Below, one piece after another: positions 60,753-64,000 of a DNA stretch of 64,000 nt. A program made the position numbers and the translations under genes. Positions within the stretch are counted from its first letter, which is position 1; each line of letters begins with the position of its first letter. Origin of the DNA: Heterodontus francisci (Eukaryota); NCBI RefSeq assembly GCF_036365525.1, contig NC_090414.1, positions 21,103,846-21,167,845 of the forward strand, in the 5' to 3' direction. Under the pieces are notes generated by a model. That model was given only the letters and a program-made list of their open reading frames with translations, made no database searches and was not told the origin of the DNA.

Positions 60753-63700
60753 AAATAATACTAAATAGCAGTAGTGTCTAATTGTCCCCACTTCTTTCCA
60801 GAGTCACGTGTTGATTTTCCACCTCTCGTATGTATACTGTGTTACCGTTCTGGAGTTTTAGCTGTTATTTTGTCACACCAAGGATTGTTATGTTTACATA
60901 CAACATAGGAACTGATCCTGCTTAGAAATAAAGATTTGTTTTCCAGCCACCAGCCCCCCCCCCCCCCCCCCCACCCCCAAACCCGGTTACAGTAACATCT
61001 TCTTGCCTTTCTGTCGGCGTGTTATTTCCTCGCTCTGTCCTCTCGCTGTCCCGCTTTTTGTGCAATCTGTCATAGTGAAGGCTGCCTCCCACGCACACCA
61101 AAGATCTTGTGCTCAAGGCAAATGGCAGCGATTGCCACTCCCGATCTGAGGGCACTGGGTGAGTGTAACAGCCCCCCCAACTCCTTCTCCCCCAGGGTCC
61201 ACAGCAAGCCGCCACTGCGCTGCATTGTGTGGTTTGGCTGGATCTTAAACTGTCATGTGGTTTTGACCTGCCTGATCATTCCTTGGCACTAAGGGGCACT
61301 CGCAATTCCTGCTGCTCTCAGCGAGATCTGATATATGCCGTTCCTCTTAACACCAAACTGATGGGATCCAATTTAACCAACTGCACACAAAAGCTTTATG
61401 GAATGAATTAAACATTACAGTGCTTATCTCTATGGAAGCAGTGGCTGTCAACTCAAAGTAAGTCAGAAACAATAGACCCAAATTCATACTTAAAAGACTG
61501 ATCAAATTAAATCAAAATGCTTTTGGCCATATCAACTATGCTCTCCAATCCATTCCCTCTTCTACTAAGATCCTGTATTTCTCTATGGCTATTTGGTCCC
61601 TGCATAATTTCGATCGCGGGAGTTAACCGTCTCAAATCCCAAGGGCCAGGAATGATGTGTTCATTTCTTGCCTAAGCGTTCCAGCAAAGTCAAACTTGTA
61701 CACTGTAATAAATTATTTCTAGAAATCCACATTGTTAGAAATTGCACGCCTGCTTGTAGAAATTGTAGTTTGTTACAGACGCTTCAAGAGGAGCTGCAAG
61801 TTCGTGGCTACAACCAGAACTTGATCAATGCGTTCCAATCTGCAATTAAACTCTAATTGGCCCAATCTGTGTTTACTTAACAACGTTAGACTTGCACTAT
61901 CAATCCAACATGTTACCACTTGACCTATAGAACAATTAATTCTGTATTACATGGTATAACGCTCCTGTTCTTTTAAAATGGCATCTGATTCGACTTGTTT
62001 GAGCAATGCCATTGAATATTTGTTAGTATTTTTTTTAAATATATTAAATGGTATTTCAACACACAGCTATCACACTCTTAAATATTGACCTAAAGCCTGA
62101 AATGGGCACATTTTTCAATCTGCAAAATCACTGCCCAAACAAATCAAATCAGATTGCACTATGTTTATTTAACAACACATGGTCTCAATGGCCTACACAG
62201 TACAATGCGTGCTTCTACACGTCAGGCGTTACACATCACCAGAGGCTCAAAACAGTCCTGAACAGTTACTTGCTTCTCCGCGTCAACCTGAAATCAACAC
62301 GGTCACGTTCCAGTTTGCGAAGTTATTGGGCCGAAAAGACAATTTAATCTCTGAATGACCCAAGTTTCCCCTTCCTTAACATTTAAACCTTGTTCGCAGC
62401 TGCATCTTGCCAACAGAATAACACATTGTGAGTTAAATGATAAAGCATTTCTGTTCCTGCAAGATCAGGGGCATCACCGACTTGGCCAGCGTGAAACTGC
62501 AGTAAATATGCCCTGCATACATAGTAATGATCACCGCACAATGAGTTGCTTTTAACGTGGTGTAAACCACCAAAAACTGACGTTTAAATGCACTTTTTGA
62601 ACCTTATTTCTTGCTCGCCCGTTCATAAGTTTTCTCTTGTGAACATATTTTTCTTTCAACTCATCTCTGATCGGTCGTTCCCGTGTGAAGGTGCTGCCTG
62701 TCTGGCTTCTGGTTCTTCATACATGAGGCAACGCACAGCATCAGTTGGCTACTGGCAGGGTTTTCCGCAGCCGGTTCCTCACACACGTGTTACATTCGAG
62801 CAAGAGTCACTGGAGACTGTGTGCAGTCCGATACTGCATATGGTTCTAGTCTCTGATACTAAGCACAGTTCTGGTCTCCATATTTAAAAAAAAAGAGGTA
62901 TAGAGGCATTGGAGAAGGTGCAAAATGGATGATACCAGTACTTAGAGGCTTTAACTTTTCAGGAAAGACTGAATAGACTGGGCCTTTTCTCTTCCCTTAA
63001 AAAGATAGAAGACTGAGAGGTGACCCGAAACCACATCTGGGAACTTCTGACTTGCTTTCATGTGCTCACACATGGCCCTTATGAACAAGGCTGTTGTGGG
63101 GACTTGCCTCAGCAATTTTAGGTATCGCATCTGCCTGGCACAGTGCTAATAGGGACAGACTGTCTACAAGTCCTACTCATAGCTGTGCTCTTGAAAATCT
63201 GCATTACTTGTGAGCAGGGCTGGCGGGGGTGGGGTTGTCACAGATTGATTTCATCCACGTTAAGGATATGGGAGGCTTGGTGCATTCATTTTGGGCCGCT
63301 CTCTCCCTCCTCTGCTGCTCCGTCACTGGATAACATCCAGGAGCAAGGACTCTTTTCCCCATTTAAAATAAAACTGGAAGGGGGGGAAAAGAATTGCAGG
63401 GTCATAGGGGGTGTGGGACTAATTGGATAGCTTTTCCATAGAGCTAGCACAGGCACGATGGGCTGAGTGGCCTCCACCCATGCTGTGAGTCTAATTTGTT
63501 ACGTCTGTACCTCAAGAGTGTTCAAGCCAGCTGTGATGTCCTGGCCAAGATCAGCTAAGTAAGCACAGGTCTGGTATCTAACTCGGGATCTTGTCGTCTC
63601 CATGTATTTTTTTTTATATAGTGGTACTGTGCAGTGCCTTTACGAGCAGGACTGGGCATTAGACCTTGTTGGGGTGACGGTGTATCTTATATCCACATGC

Positions 63701-64000
63701 ATCTCTGCCTTGTAACTGGTGCATGGCCATCACATAACGTGTCACATTTCTACTACCCGATTGCCTGACTCAGATGCCATTCATAAAACAGCAACGGAAC
63801 GGCCAGGGCACCTACCAATCAGCAAGTGGCAAGTAGGATGAAAAACCACCAAGCAAGTAACTAAGAAGGTCCAAAAACTACCAACCAGCAAACAGCGACC
63901 AAGGACCAAAGAAATCACTCAAAATAACTTTTACAATTTTTTTTTCCAGTCGCTGCCTTGTTCTGTTATTAACCTGAGGGTAATGAACAAGAAACATGAA

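Noticed and set aside
61000-64000. Possible further gene or Penelope-like fragment (RGYNQNLI)
   Set aside because: Only a few residues resemble a known family and no exon chain could be built

Overview
Vertebrate genomic DNA, most likely from a cartilaginous fish (shark-type tRNA-derived SINEs and abundant CR1/L2 debris). Four spliced genes lie on the minus strand: the 5' part of RELA (NF-kB p65, eight coding exons), a four-exon secreted avidin-like gene absent from the ORF track (24461-15261), a complete eight-exon CCS, and an RBM14/RBM4-family RNA-binding protein. Head-to-head with the last gene, across a mirror-symmetric bidirectional promoter, is a diverged paralog with a damaged RRM exon and an 888-codon ORF containing about 50 copies of a 13-aa repeat. 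The main mobile system is a Tx1-clade non-LTR retrotransposon (two near full-length copies, two ~0.4 kb copies). All four 3' ends abut the same position of a ~69-bp minisatellite that occurs only in introns and always in one orientation. Bare poly(A) tracts at that same position suggest the element also reshapes or propagates its own target. All exon calls were made by eye from GT-AG boundaries, phase compatibility and remembered protein families; no database search was run.
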